From Octopus bimaculoides (Eukaryota), in NCBI RefSeq assembly GCF_001194135.2, contig NC_068991.1:522604-586603 (forward strand): a stretch of DNA of 64,000 nt, in the 5' to 3' direction. Position 1 is the stretch's first letter. Each line of letters opens with the position of its first letter. Positions 13,915 to 26,270 of this stretch are shown piece after piece. Position numbers and translations under genes: made by a program. Below the pieces are notes generated by a model that did no database searches, was not told the origin of the DNA, and worked only from the letters and a program-made list of their open reading frames with translations.

Positions 13915-16900
13915 ATAGTCAACCCTTCAAAACCTAGTGGTTTCTTAATGCTAGGCAACACAGCACTACTAGTTTATCCATGAAGTCCAGTGTTTCAAGA
14001 TCTAATTCTGTTAGTTGTTCCTATATCTTACGCCCAGCATCAGCTTGTCTGGCAGAAACTGGAAACATCTAGGAAACTGAACTCATCTCATTTGCCACCC
14101 AAGCAGTCGTTTCCTTTCATCAACATCACCAACACCATCAGTAAACAACCAACCAATTCTCCTCTAGAACTCCACAAAAGACCTCTTCCACTCCATGTCT
14201 GAGAATCTGCAGGCATCACTCATTCAGTCAAACTTTCACAGAGAGATTAACTATTTCTTACCAAAACTTTAAACTTATTCCAACCACAAAACAATGAAAA
14301 AAAATCTTCAAAGTGATTCTATTATTTTTGATGTAAAAATTAATGACAAATCAATATATATTCACCTGAAAGCATTATACTAATTGGACCGAGTAAGGGG
14401 TTGATAATAGTCACAAAAATAGCCAAAGGTAAATAGTTGTGAGGTTTCGGTCCAATATAATGGCCCTGTACAATGGTTTTGTTGGTATAAATTGGATCAC
14501 GGGTGACCAATATCATCTTGGAATTAGTCCTGTACAAATCAGAGTTTTCAGTCGTCATTCTGAAAGTACAAGGAGAAACAATAAGGTGATTAATACAAGT
14601 GTGTTAATGAAATAATGAAACAGCAATATTAATGAACTCAGGGAACCCTTATGTGGCCATTGGGCCTATGAGAAATAGCAGTGACATCTCCCTCAATTCA
14701 TACTGTCCATTTCAAATATGTCTAGCATGTCTGATTACAGTAATATAGTAGTAATCACCAACAGCCAGCCACTGGTCATAAAGTGGTTCTAGGGTATCAG
14801 ATTTCTTTCCTGGATCAATTCTGGTAAAAGCCAGCAATGGCTCTGAAACAGCTGTAAGCCTATAATAAATAAATGTATATAACCCAATTTTATGTCTATT
14901 CTATGTGTAGTGAAACTATCTACCGCCATTAGATACAAAACTACTATTGCCATTACATACAATCTCATTTAAATATAAATAAATGCGAGCGTAGTAGAGA
15001 ACCCATTCCTTGTCATCACGTGACTGATTATTATTCAAATCGGCAACTTCTTTGAACCTTTCCTGCCAGAACGCAAACTGACCAATCACGGCCCCTAATA
15101 AGGTCACGTGATAGAGTAAAATTCTGAAGGCATTTGGAGCCCTCTTAACGCTATATATATAGATCAACTCATACCCCACAAATTTGTCTCGGTCCAGTTT
15201 CTCTCAGAGACTATTCCGTGTACCACACGACAGCAGCAGCAGCCAGCGACCACTTCAGCAGCTTCGTCCAGCCACGATGACCACCGCCGTCGCNNNNNNN
15301 NNNNNNNNNNNNNNNNNNNNNNNNNNNNNNNNNNNNNNNNNNNNNNNNNNNNNNNNNNNNNNNNNNNNNNNNNNNNNNNNNNNNNNNNNNNNNNNNNNNN
15401 NNNNNNNNNNNNNNNNNNNNNNNNNNNNNNNNNNNNNNNNNNNNNNNNNNNNNNNNNNNNNNNNNNNNNNNNNNNNNNNNNNNNNNNNNNNNNNNNNNNN
15501 NNNNNNNNNGACTCTTTCTATTTGCTGTAAACACTCATACACACATGTATCACTCACATACACACTTTTCTTTGTATGACGGCCTGTCTTTGATTATGTT
15601 CTTATATGTCGCATTCACACTCACATACAGACATACATCTTTAACGCTATAATAAATATCTCTGTTATTCATCTAATACGGTTGTGGTCTTTCATTACTG
15701 GTCATCTATGTTATCGTCGCATAACATATCATGTATATCATCATTTGATATATTATTTTGTGTTCGACCGTGTGACACGATTAAATAAAAGGAGTCCTCT
15801 GTTTGTCCATTTGTCACCATTTCTCCTTTTTTTGAGTTCGCACGGGCGTCCCTTACATATGTACCACTTTAAAAACATACCATCTTAAATGGGTAGTAGA
15901 ACCATGGATTTACACATGTGACTGTACTTTGATTTCAGGTTCCCTGGAGAACAAGACCAACCACAAGACTTTTTAGTTAGTCTGGTGTATTTTTGTCTGC
16001 AGAAGAGAGCTGGTTAAGTATTTTGCTTCGGTTACTAATTCCTCACGAATTCCTTTTTGTTTTGAGATATGTGTGTGTGTGTGTGTGTGTGTGTAGAAGT
16101 CGATTTTCATGCTGGCCCTCAACAGATCCCTTCTTCTGTCCTCCTTTCTTCCTTTTTCCTTCTTTCAGCTGAGAATAAAAGATATACTTTGGTAAATGGT
16201 CATCAGACATTCGAACAACACACCCACACCATCTCAGTTGACTCTTGACGATGCGAGCCTCAATGTTGTTTCCACTGCTTTCAAGATGCTGATGGTTATT
16301 CTTCCGTCTTCCTCGCCAATCTTCAGGATACATCAAAGACATCATTTCCAATGTTTTCAGATGGCAAAATATCATTCAAACTACCATATGTTCGGAAGGG
16401 CATCCAGCTGTAGAAACTTTGCCAGATCAGATTGGAACCTAGTGCAGCCTTCTGGCCCACCAGTCCTCAGTTAAACCGTTCAACCCATGCCAGCATGGAA
16501 ATCGGACGTTAAACGACGACGAACGACGATCCCTCACCCTCACAATATATCCTCTCAATCATCTTTCTACCTCTGTGATTCCAGTCTCTTCATCAGACTG
16601 TCCCTATCTCATTTATTATACTTGCCCAGCACACTATCTCTCAGGTAACTGCCACTTGCCTACCTCTACACCCCTTAGATACATTGTATCCATACCCGAT
16701 ACATCGTAGACTGATGAAATAGGGGAATGACCAGTGTTAACAGAATCTTTCATTTAACAACACCTATAGCAATACATACGACGGTAACCACAGCGAAAGT
16801 AAAGAATATGCACACCTGGTGTTTCGGTTTTGGGTTAGGGTTTTTGTTATGCCGAAAATAGGTGGTGTACGTATTCTTTACCTCCGCAGGCAACCCCTGT

Positions 16901-17579
16901 TTACAAAATACTTTTCCTGTTTTTGTTTCTTTTTTTCCCAACGACATATTCATACAAAGTTTGTTAAATGAGAGATTCCTTGTAATATTTTCTAGACACT
17001 TGAATTAAAGCGATCTTCGGTCATGACAGACCAAAATTTTTTCTTTATAAACTGCTAGAAATAACAATCGAATAACCATCCAAGTATAGCCTATTGTCAA
17101 AGTATACTTTGAAATAAGCCTAGATACACAATATCAAATGAGATGGTCATGTCTGGAACACCTGAAAACATTTTTCGAAATTGCAAAACCAGAAGCGTCA
17201 CCCCCTCCAAATCCGGCAATTTTTTTTTTTTTATCAGAATCCTAATTTAAGATGCTTAAAATATAAACATCCAAAAAAAAAAAAAAAACCCCCAGAAAAA
17301 TTAAGGCTTGGCGATCAATGAAATAATTTCTGACTCTTTTCTACAGGAATGCCCTGTATTGAAATGTGAGGCTTTCATTAAGATGTTACCGTAAGGTGAG
17401 ATTATCAAGTAACCGAGAAATATTTTAGGTGGAGAGAAGAGACGATGGAATTGAAAAATTAAATAAAAACTGGTGGGAAGTAAATGTTACAGTTGTTACC
17501 TTATCAACGAATAACTTTTGTTTAAAGATTTCGGTTTTTCATCTGGAATATGGTCCTCAATGTTGTCTGTATTGGACAT
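12521..17579 (-). CDS. CD225/dispanin-family membrane protein (TMEM233/TRARG1/PRRT-like), about 147 aa
   Basis: Exons 14559-14366 and 12690-12521 join in phase 1: MTTENSDLYRTNSKMILVTRDPIYTNKTIVQGHYIGPKPHNYLPLAIFVTIINPLLGPISIMLSVMSNRAYAQGDTKYALKWSLNSFFWSVISIVVAIVVYIAIGFSISKLKTRGGYIGY*. This has the P-x-NYL/hydrophobic segment, the S..AY..GD...A loop and a second TM typical of CD225. Upstream exon 17579-17500 (MSNTDNIEDHIPDEKPKSLNKSYSLI, phase-2 end) joins in frame but is less certain. A non-coding exon candidate lies at 18051-17930. Confidence 0.8.
13150..13305 (+). mobile_element. RTE-LINE 3' tail or derived short repeat ending in (GAT)n; other copies near 3660-3740(-), 16390-16525(+), 45230-45285(+), 46075-46215(-), 47160-47410(-), 47615-47670(+), 52300-52410(+), 55250-55345(+), 60230-60320(+)
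   Basis: TGGTTGGCGTTAGGAAGGGCATCCAGCTGTAGAAAC..CCAACCCATGCCAGCATGGAA..GACGTTAAACGATGATGATG, an RTE-type 3' end with a trinucleotide tail. Confidence 0.7.
15015..15200 (+). promoter_or_regulatory. Promoter-like module: two GTCACGTGAT E-boxes (CLEAR-like), a CCAAT box, a TATA-like element and an Inr-like site
   Basis: ATCACGTGAC 15015-15024, CCAAT 15082-15086, GTCACGTGAT 15103-15112, TATATATATA 15152-15161, CCAGTT 15194-15199. Followed by a CpG-richer leader and GCCACGATG (ATG at 15277). Confidence 0.6.
16090..16345 (-). mobile_element. RTE (BovB-like) LINE fragment, post-RT C-terminal region
   Basis: IEARIVKSQLRWCGCVVRMSDDHLPKYIFYSQLKEGKRKKGGQKK matches the RTE motif LRWxGHVxRMxxxRLPKxIFYxELxxGKRxxGGxKK. 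Confidence 0.85.
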
Positions 17580-18154
17580 TTTGTCCTTTAAGTTTGTAAT
17601 TTCTTCGTGTGAAGAGAGAACGACGATAGTAAGATATTAGATATTCGAAGAAAGGTGAAACAAATGCATGTGTGCCAGTCTGTTAAACAGTTGGATATTT
17701 TTTTTTCAAACAATTATGTCAATGCACACCTGGTACATACTACAATAAGAGAGAGAAAGAAAGAGCTGATTGCTAATCTTAAACACAATTAGACTACTAC
17801 CCCACCCTCCACGTCCAATAGACAGGTTTTATGACTAAGATCTTGAAAAGGAAGTAAATGTAATAGTTGTAGCCACGGTGGGGAGTGATATGTCGTCAAT
17901 AGTGTTAACCTAGTTCAATGTTTACTTACATTTGCCTCATCGTTTAAGTTTGTAAGATATTAGGTCACCAGATAGTAGTCGCCATAGACATTTCAGAAAA
18001 CTTTATATTGATACGTCATGTCCCACAACTCTCTCTTCCAATACAATATACCTGTAAGGAACATATATCCAATACTTTTCTTGCGTCAGATTGTCTAATG
18101 GAACGGTGCTAAGCAACTGGACTTGGTAACTTATGTAGTTATGTTTAAAACAAA

Positions 18155-18192
<38 letters not shown>

Positions 18193-18309
18193 TTCTTCTT
18201 ATCTTAATGAATAAAAATTCTTCGGATAGAATAAATGGGTTAATAGAAACCAATGTAGCAAAGAGCACAAAATAACTGTGGTGTAGTTCCTGTTTTTAAG
18301 GCAGGAACT

Positions 18310-18339
<30 letters not shown>

Positions 18340-18346
<7 letters not shown>

Positions 18347-18434
18347 TGGAATTTGAATTTAGTTCACAGACCCTACCCCAGTACTACCTTTGTGAACTAC
18401 CAAGGGTCCATGGACCACAGTTTGGGAACCAGTG
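18340..18434 (-). mobile_element. hAT-like non-autonomous element end
   Basis: The reverse complement near 18400-18434 reads CACTGGTTCCCAAACTGTGGTCCATGGACCC, resembling hAT/Charlie terminal repeats. The other end was not found. Confidence 0.45.
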
Positions 18435-18868
18435 CTCTACATAAAGAAACAGTCCTAATGTGTGCACCACTTTAGTGGTGCTTAATAGCAACGCCTGAGA
18501 GAATTTGTTTGTCATTTTGAAGTTAATCTTATTAGTCTCATGTTGCATTAAAGTAAGGAGGAGTTGTTGACTGAGACGTACCCTAGTGTAGGGGATTTGT
18601 TTGGCATCCCTTAAAGAGAAATGTCCATTGGAGAGAATACAGCCTCAATACTTCACAGTTGTCTCAATAATCTAGATCAGGCATATCATTTATTCATCTT
18701 TGCTTTTTTAATGATTACTCTCTGGGATAGCTCAATACTGAACGTTTTGTTTGGGTTGGGATAGACCAGAGAGTGAAACGGTATTCTTGGTGTGACTGTA
18801 CAAAGGATGAGAAATGGGGAATGATGCCACCTGGCTCTCTGGAGCAGAAAGTTCTGAGGATCCAGGAG

Positions 18869-18899
<31 letters not shown>

Positions 18900-18909
<10 letters not shown>

Positions 18910-19800
18910 ACTAAAACTCAAAGTTTGTCTGTCTGTTTTCCTGCCCTTTGATTAAAACGATAAAGATTACAAATAAAATAGTCATTTCCCCCTTTAAGAA
19001 AAAAAATATCAAGTTGAAAATGTCAATTTGCAGTGACAACACTTCAAAGAGTTGTCGCAGCTACCATCGTCCATCCTTTTTTCTTACTATCTTTTTTCTT
19101 CCCTTAATCATTTACACAACTTTCAGAGTGCCATGGACTAAAAGACAGAAATTTTCCCTATATTTTTATGAAATGTTTTTGGAATCACAGGTACTTGATT
19201 TTCTTTTCTTAAAGGGGAAAATTACAATTTTATTTAAAATAAAATATTAATCTGTATCATTTTAATCAAAAGGCAGAAAGACAATTTCTTTTTAGATGAT
19301 CAGTTGCAATGGGAGGAGTTGAATCTCATGAAAACGGAAAAACAAACAACAAATGGGTTGTACCTACAATGAAACTCTTTTAAGAGCATTCAAATGCCAC
19401 TGCAATATTGAAATTGTTGACACAGTGAGGTCAATTAAGTACGTCATCAAGTATATACGGAAAGGAAATGACAAAGCAGCTTTTCAAATAAACAATAATA
19501 ATGAAATTAGTCAATATCTAATGAGTAGGTAAATTGGACCCTCCAAAGCAGTTGCATCCATTTTAGGATTTTCAATTCATGAAAGAAAACCTGCAATAGT
19601 GAAACTGCAAGGTCATCTCCCAGGATGACCAAAGGATGTTGCTTGGAAATAACGAGGATCTATACATGGCTGTCAATGAACGACACAGGAGAACAACATT
19701 GACAGAATTCTTTTCATTGTGCATCAATGACGACTTTGCAAAAACATTATGTTGAAATACCCAGGTATTTCACTTGGAACATTAGTAACAAAGAACAGCA
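18900..19800 (+). mobile_element. Helitron fossil (RepHel fragment plus a probable 5' end)
   Basis: 19345-19790 translates, with frameshifts and stops, to NKWVVP/YNETLLRAFKCHCNIEIVDTVRSIKYVIKYIRKGND..EISQYLMSR*IGPSKAVASILGFSIHERKPAIVKLQGHLPG..RRTTLTEFF..VEIPRYFTWN, which are Helitron motifs (WVVPYN, HINVE, KYIYKYxxKG, IHERxPAVxxLxVHLP). The 5' TCTAT..AAAGTTTGTCTGTCTG near 18900 resembles Helitron starts. Confidence 0.85.
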
Positions 19801-21829
19801 AAGAAGAAAGTGAGGTAAGGAAGTATGGCAAGAACTTTGTTAGCTTTGTTTCTGCTGTAAGATGCAATGCATTCACAGCTGAATGCTTGTGTATCACCCG
19901 ATAGATGTATTGGGGCTTCAAATATATACATATATATATATATATATATANNNNNNNNNNNNNNNNNNNNNNNNNNNNNNNNNNNNNNNNNNNNNNNNNN
20001 NNNNNNNNNNNNNNNNNNNNNNNNNNNNNNNNNNNNNNNNNNNNNNNNNNNNNNNNNNNNNNNNNNNNNNNNNNNNNNNNNNNNNNNNNNNNNNNNNNNN
20101 NNNNNNNNNNNNNNNNNNNNNNNNNNNNNNNNNNNNNNNNNNNNNNNNNNNNNNNNNNNNNNNNNNNNNNNNNNNNNNNNNNNNNNNNNNNNNNNNNNNN
20201 NNNNNNNNNNNNNNNNNNNNNNNNNNNNNNNNNNNNNNNNNNNNNNNGGGGGGGGGGGGGAGATGAACACTGCCAGAACAGCCAATGCTGTGGTCACTTT
20301 CAGAGCTGAGACCTGTACCAATACACTGGACAATCCAACAATGTCCAATCTGTCAGAGTAAAGACCAGCTGGAGCAACGCAGCGATAATTTATGTATAAG
20401 CAGTCAAGCAACCGAATGGAGGTACCATAGCAACAACAATAAGCCATGTGCGCCTGTATGTGGTTGCATAGCTTGCTAGAAATAACACCCAAATCCCTCT
20501 TAACTCCTATCTTACAATCTTAAGTATAGGATAGTTGAGGAGGAAAAGGTAGTCGTACAGAACCCTAAAAAGATTGGGGATGGCGATGGGGATCGGGGGT
20601 GCAGTCAATCAAGGATGAGCCACAGCTAAACCTTTTCAACAACAGAAATAATAATTAATGCTGAATGTTAACAAAGCAGAGAGGAAGTGGTAGAGAATGT
20701 GTTTGTGGTAAACAAAATGTTAATCTGATTATAACTTATTAATTATAAAAAGCAACAAACATAAGAAGGCTGGATCTGGAGATGAAGCTCTGACTCACAC
20801 ACACTTTTACTAGACAGCGGCCATGCTGGGGCAGCACTACCTTGAAGAATTGGCAAACAAATCAACCTTAGCACTTTGCTTTTCTTTTTTCAAAGTGTAG
20901 TGCTTATTCTATCAGACTCCTTTTGTTGAACTGCCAAGTAACAGAGGCATAAACACACCAACACCAGTTGTCAAGCAGTGTTGTTGGTGGGGGACAAACA
21001 CACATAACCATATGACTGGCTTCTTTCAGTTTCTATCTACCATATTCACTCATAAAGCTGGCTGCTTTTCCATCCCAGGCGTAGTTAATTCCACCTCATC
21101 TTACTAATATCACTAACAATGTAGCTGCTATAAGGTCATTGTTCTGCTAGAAACAGCAGTCAAATTCTATCCCAAACCATACTGGAGTCTTTTAAATAAT
21201 GAAGGCTACAATGTAGAATGTAAATCCTTTTAAAAGATTGGATGGTCATGTATGGAACATTTTGGATCTTAGGCCTATTGGATCAAGGTTAACATCATTT
21301 ATGTTTAATAGAAAAAAAGACATGAACACCACCACATCTCTACAACCTTACCAATGTTACACACAGACATACACCTGAAAGTATTTCAGGTTCCAACATT
21401 TGAAGATGATCTCTGAACAAGTCACTGGGGTACACCACCACCACCACCACTAACACCAGCACTACAACAAATACTACCACTTATTGACCTACCACCAATA
21501 CTATCACCCATACTACCATTTAATTCTGCAGTAATCAAAGTATTAGAAATGGTCAACCAAGAGGTAGAAATACTACAAAGAAACAAAAAAGGTGGAGATT
21601 AGTGGGATTATTGTGATGAAACAGAGATTAAAGCGGTTAAATCCACAATTTGCTTGGTTTATGGAACATATATAGCCACACATTTGATTTGTCTGGCTCC
21701 CTTTGGTGTAATTACTGGATAATGATGATGATGAAATTATCAATAGGGTTAACTGGGTGGGACAAATAATTTGATCTCTTACAATTTAAAAACATAAACA
21801 TACACACGTGTGTGTGCATATATGTAAGT

Positions 21830-21886
<57 letters not shown>

Positions 21887-21937
21887 ATATCATATATTTA
21901 TATGCATATATATATTATTGTGATACATACATGTATC

Positions 21938-21975
<38 letters not shown>

Positions 21976-22010
21976 ATTGCCTGTACTAGCATATATGCAA
22001 GGCTGTTATA

Positions 22011-22043
<33 letters not shown>

Positions 22044-22107
22044 CGTTTTTTTTTTTTTTAGAAAAACATAAATTTGGATAAGAAGCACACCCTAAGAAGT
22101 AGAGTAG

Positions 22108-22236
22108 ATATATATTTATTACTAGTGAAGGCCAGTTTATAGGATTACCCTGGGCTTCTTACCATAAAGATACCCTTTATGGCAAGACACCCAGGGTAAT
22201 CCTATAAACCGGCCTTCACTAGTAATAAATATATAT
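22108..22236. repeat. 129-nt near-perfect foldback hairpin (MITE-like or hairpin RNA)
   Basis: About 62-bp stem with 4 mismatches and a 5-nt loop (ATACC). Confidence 0.9.
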
Positions 22237-24084
22237 ATAACACCTAAAAAAAGAAAAGAAAAGAACAGATAGAATATCGGAAGAGTTTGTACGCTCCCAA
22301 CAACAAAAAAAAGAACACACATTAGAGTACGCACTCCAGCAATATGGAGGTGTAGCAGGTGACGTAGTCGAAATTTGCCTGGGGACTGGTTCTGGTGTAT
22401 TTATATCACTGTAACTTAGCAGTTCAGCAAAAGACACCAACAGAATAAGCACCAAGCTTACACAAACCAAGTCCTGGGGTTGATCCATTTGATTAAAGAA
22501 AAAAAAAAGTCTCTTCAACGTTGTGCTCCAGCATGGCTGCAGTCAAAGAGTGGAATAAATAAGAAAAGAGAACCACTGATGTTGAGCGTTTCATTAGAAA
22601 CAGAGCAATTAATTATCAATTAACAATGTTTACTTCTACAAATCACACACACATCTATTATTACATTCACACACTCATCCTATAATGGTTACACAAGGTC
22701 ATGCTAGTGTGTGTGTGTGCGCATGCATACCTGTAAAACATTCTTTCCCCCCCCCCATCCTCTCCTATTCCAGTCATGGAGATAAACCCTATGTTTATCT
22801 TTGTGTTTTCAATCTAACACTTGTAAAGTAGGTCAGACTAGCCAATGCAGCTTCTCCAGATCATTCGTTGTGCTAGAGATAGCAGCCCAATTCACTTCAA
22901 ATCAAACTTTACAGTTTTAAAATATGAAGGACAAAAGAGAAAACATAGTCTTCAGTACACTTTGTTTGAATAAATAGACAGGATGTTAAGAGAGGAAACT
23001 TTTAATCGTAAGTGTGCATGGTCAGGAATGACCTAGGGTTGAACATCCCAAACTAGGACACACATTCCTCTACTTTTGATACAGTTTAGTGTAGGGGAAG
23101 GGATAGGGGAGTATTAACAAGGGCTTCTTAGAAATCTAAATGAATGTTGTTGATTAGCTCCAGAGATCAAAAGCGTTCTGGCCATGACCATCTCTTTTGC
23201 TTGGCATAGTGTACCCTATTCTACAATCCAATATGTTCCTTGTTTTGGTACTTTTTACTCTTACACCTGTCTTGTGTGACAGGTGTAAGAGTAAAAACTT
23301 ACAGGAAAAGAGCACATGGTGGGGGTGGGAGGTAAAAAAATCTTTCACCAAAGAAAACAATCCCTCAATTTCTTTTCCATCGTCATCGGGTAGGGAATAG
23401 GTATTCTGAAAGTCCATTGATTGGAGATTGGAAGCAAGCGTAATAGTAAAAATTTGCACAACCTCATATTGTGATTTGAGATAGATTTAGCTGCTATTTC
23501 TAGCAAGTCAAGCAAGCATGTAGAGGTTCCCTACGCAGCTATTAATCATGGTGCCAGTCTAACCATATATATCTATGACCATACATTTGGAGGAAGGGCA
23601 CTTGGTTTACTCCCAATTTCATAGGGGATACCCATTCTGGATGGAAGAAAGGCTAAGTCAATCCTGGCAAGGATTTCTAAAACAGATATAATACCATAAA
23701 TACATTTGGAGGGGAGGGGTAGCAACCAGTTGTGAGGGATCCCTTGGGGTTTTAAACTTACATGGTAGAGATAAGTCACAATATGTTAAATGATTCTCCA
23801 TCAATTTGGATGGTGATAATTCCAATTCATCCAACTGAAAAAGTATTGAGTCAAGTAGAGTCACCAGAATGCTGGACATAGAATGACCATAGGTTTTTCA
23901 GTTCAAATCTCACTGTGGCTCACTTTGCTTCTCATCCCTTCGGGGTCAATGAAACACAACTTGCATATTAAAGCCACTTTCCCTTTCATTCTTTGTCAAC
24001 ATCAATAATTTTGAAAGACGTCAACCATTCACGTGGCCAACCATACCAGTTCTTTTACTATGAACCTGTAGACAGAACAACCAA

Positions 24085-24300
24085 ATCCTTAAACAAGAGT
24101 ATCAATGGTTGAGTACTCCACAGACATTTGTATCCATAACATAATTTTCTGACAGAATGAACTTAACAAACCCTGGACTCTTTGAATCACAGTCTCCTTC
24201 ACGACGCCCTCGTACAAAATACTTGTCCCTACTGCTACAGAATGAGATTGAACCCAGGACTTCATCATCACAAACTTCTTGGCCACACTGCCATGCCTGT
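24085..24300 (-). mobile_element. Third tRNA-headed SINE family; other copies at about 49775-50085(-), 54170-54350(+), 59155-59285(-)
   Basis: Shared CTGTGGAGTACTCAxCCA tail and a tRNA-like head (GGCAGTGTGG..CTGGGTTCAATCTC); the other copies carry TGTCCTTGAGCAAGAC. Confidence 0.6.
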
Positions 24301-24920
24301 CTATGATACTTACTGCAGGGCAATTCCTGCAACACTCAGTCCTATCACTGTACAGTGTTCCCCCTCCGCCAAACAATAATTCTTCAAATACCTGATGATT
24401 TTTACTTTTTTACTCCGAGCAGCTGTGAGGGCCATGCTTAAAACCCCTAAACATGATACAAGTTGTTGCCTGGCTCTGTTATCAGACGGGACTCTACAGA
24501 TTTAGGAGAATACATTCCAACTGTGACCACCCTGTCTTTCTTCCGGGTAGTGTATATCTAAGGTTATTAATATGTTTGTCCTTTCTCTTTTTAAAAGATG
24601 TAACTCAGGTTTCAAAATATTTGACTGCTATTTCTGGAAGGTCAAACACCCATGTAGCTCCTCCCCCTTCTCTCTTGAATGGACAGAATACTCTGGCGAG
24701 GGTTCAGTCCCATCCTCAACCGAAATGCTGAAATATTCTTCGTGGGACACAATTTCAGGTGACACTTAAATACATATCAAAAGCCCTCCAAACTAACGAG
24801 GAAGTCATTAAATGGTCGGCTGACCTGCTAGAAACAGTAGTGAAATCTCACATAAATCACTTTCTACTGCCTCAAAAAAAAAAAAAAAAAAATCTACAAT
24901 ATGGTCACCTTTTAATCTTT

Positions 24921-25265
24921 TGTTTTAGTCATTTGACTGCGGCCATGCTGGAGCTCCATCTTTAGTCAAACAAATCAACCCCAGAACTTATTCTTTGTAA
25001 GCCTAGTACTTGTTCTATCGGAGACTTTTACCGAACCACTAAATTACGGGGACGTAAACACACCAACATCGGTTATCAAGCGATGATGGGAGACAAACAC
25101 TGACACACAAACATACACATATATACAACAGACTTCTTTCAGCTTCCGTCTAACAAATCCACTCACAAAGCTTTGGCCCGCCCGAGGCCCAAGGTGCCAC
25201 GCAGTGGGACTGAACCCGGAACCATGTGGTTGGTAAGCAAGCTACTTAGCACAAAGCCACTTCTG
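24921..25265 (-). mobile_element. tRNA-derived CORE-like SINE (octopus OR-type), near full length; partial copies near 12920-13130, 20815-21060, 22400-22560, 43820-43970, 59860-60020
   Basis: Reverse complement of GTGGCT..TAAGTAGCTTGCTTACCAACCACATGGTTCCGGGTTCAGTCCCACTGCGTGGCACCTTGGG, plus the shared tail. Confidence 0.8.
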
Positions 25266-25425
25266 TCATGGGCAGACTTTGTTCGTAGGAATGCTGGATA
25301 AGGGACAGCTTCAACTGTTTATACAGACATTATATATACACATCTATTTATATAGACAGCAGAGCGACAGGTAAAGATAATTGACTGGTTGGTCTACTTT
25401 CATCAAAAAGGACAGAAATACCAAC

Positions 25426-25509
<84 letters not shown>

Positions 25510-26237
25510 TGTGTATATGTGTACTGTGTACTATATGTGAGTGTGTAGTAAATATATCGTGTATATTTGTATACCTTGTGTATGTATAAATGATACGGTC
25601 TGTAATAAACGGAAGTTTTCATTGTTAATTCAAACATTAGTTAACGAGAAACCCAATACAACGAGGTTATATTAAAATTATTGATAAAATATTGCTTTAC
25701 TAGAAAATATTTACTAGAAAAGAAGACAACGTGAATAACAGAAAGTCTGTCAATTAGAAGCAATAATAGTCGCTTCTTACACCTGGCCACCATCACGGCC
25801 TCCGTTAACCTCACATTCTTTGCAGGTGAATGAATAGTGCGCAGGTGTGTAGTTAAATTACATAGATATATATGTGTGTGTAGTTTATATATGTATGTAG
25901 CGTGGTGTGTGTGTGTGTATATGCATATATATNNNNNNNNNNNNNNNNNNNNNNNNNNNNNNNNNNNNNNNNNNNNNNNNNNNNNNNNNNNNNNNNNNNN
26001 NNNNNNNNNNNNNNNNNNNNNNNNNNNNNNNNNNNNNNNNNNNNNNNNNNNNNNNNNNNNNNNNNNNNNNNNNNNNNNNNNNNNNNNNNNNNNNNNNNNN
26101 NNNNNNNNNNNNNNNNNNNNNNNNNNATATATATAGTGTATTATACGTGTAGTTTACGAAGGTGCGTACGTGCTATATAACTAACTATAGAAAATATCTG
26201 AAATAAAGTTAGGTAAGGTTTTAGCGAGGCATTTCTG

Positions 26238-26270
<33 letters not shown>

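Noticed and set aside
16750-16953. - strand ORF with a hydrophobic C-terminus (..HQVCIFFTFAVVTVVCIAIGVVK*)
   Set aside because: Its splice phases do not fit the dispanin exons on either side, and I recognise no homology.
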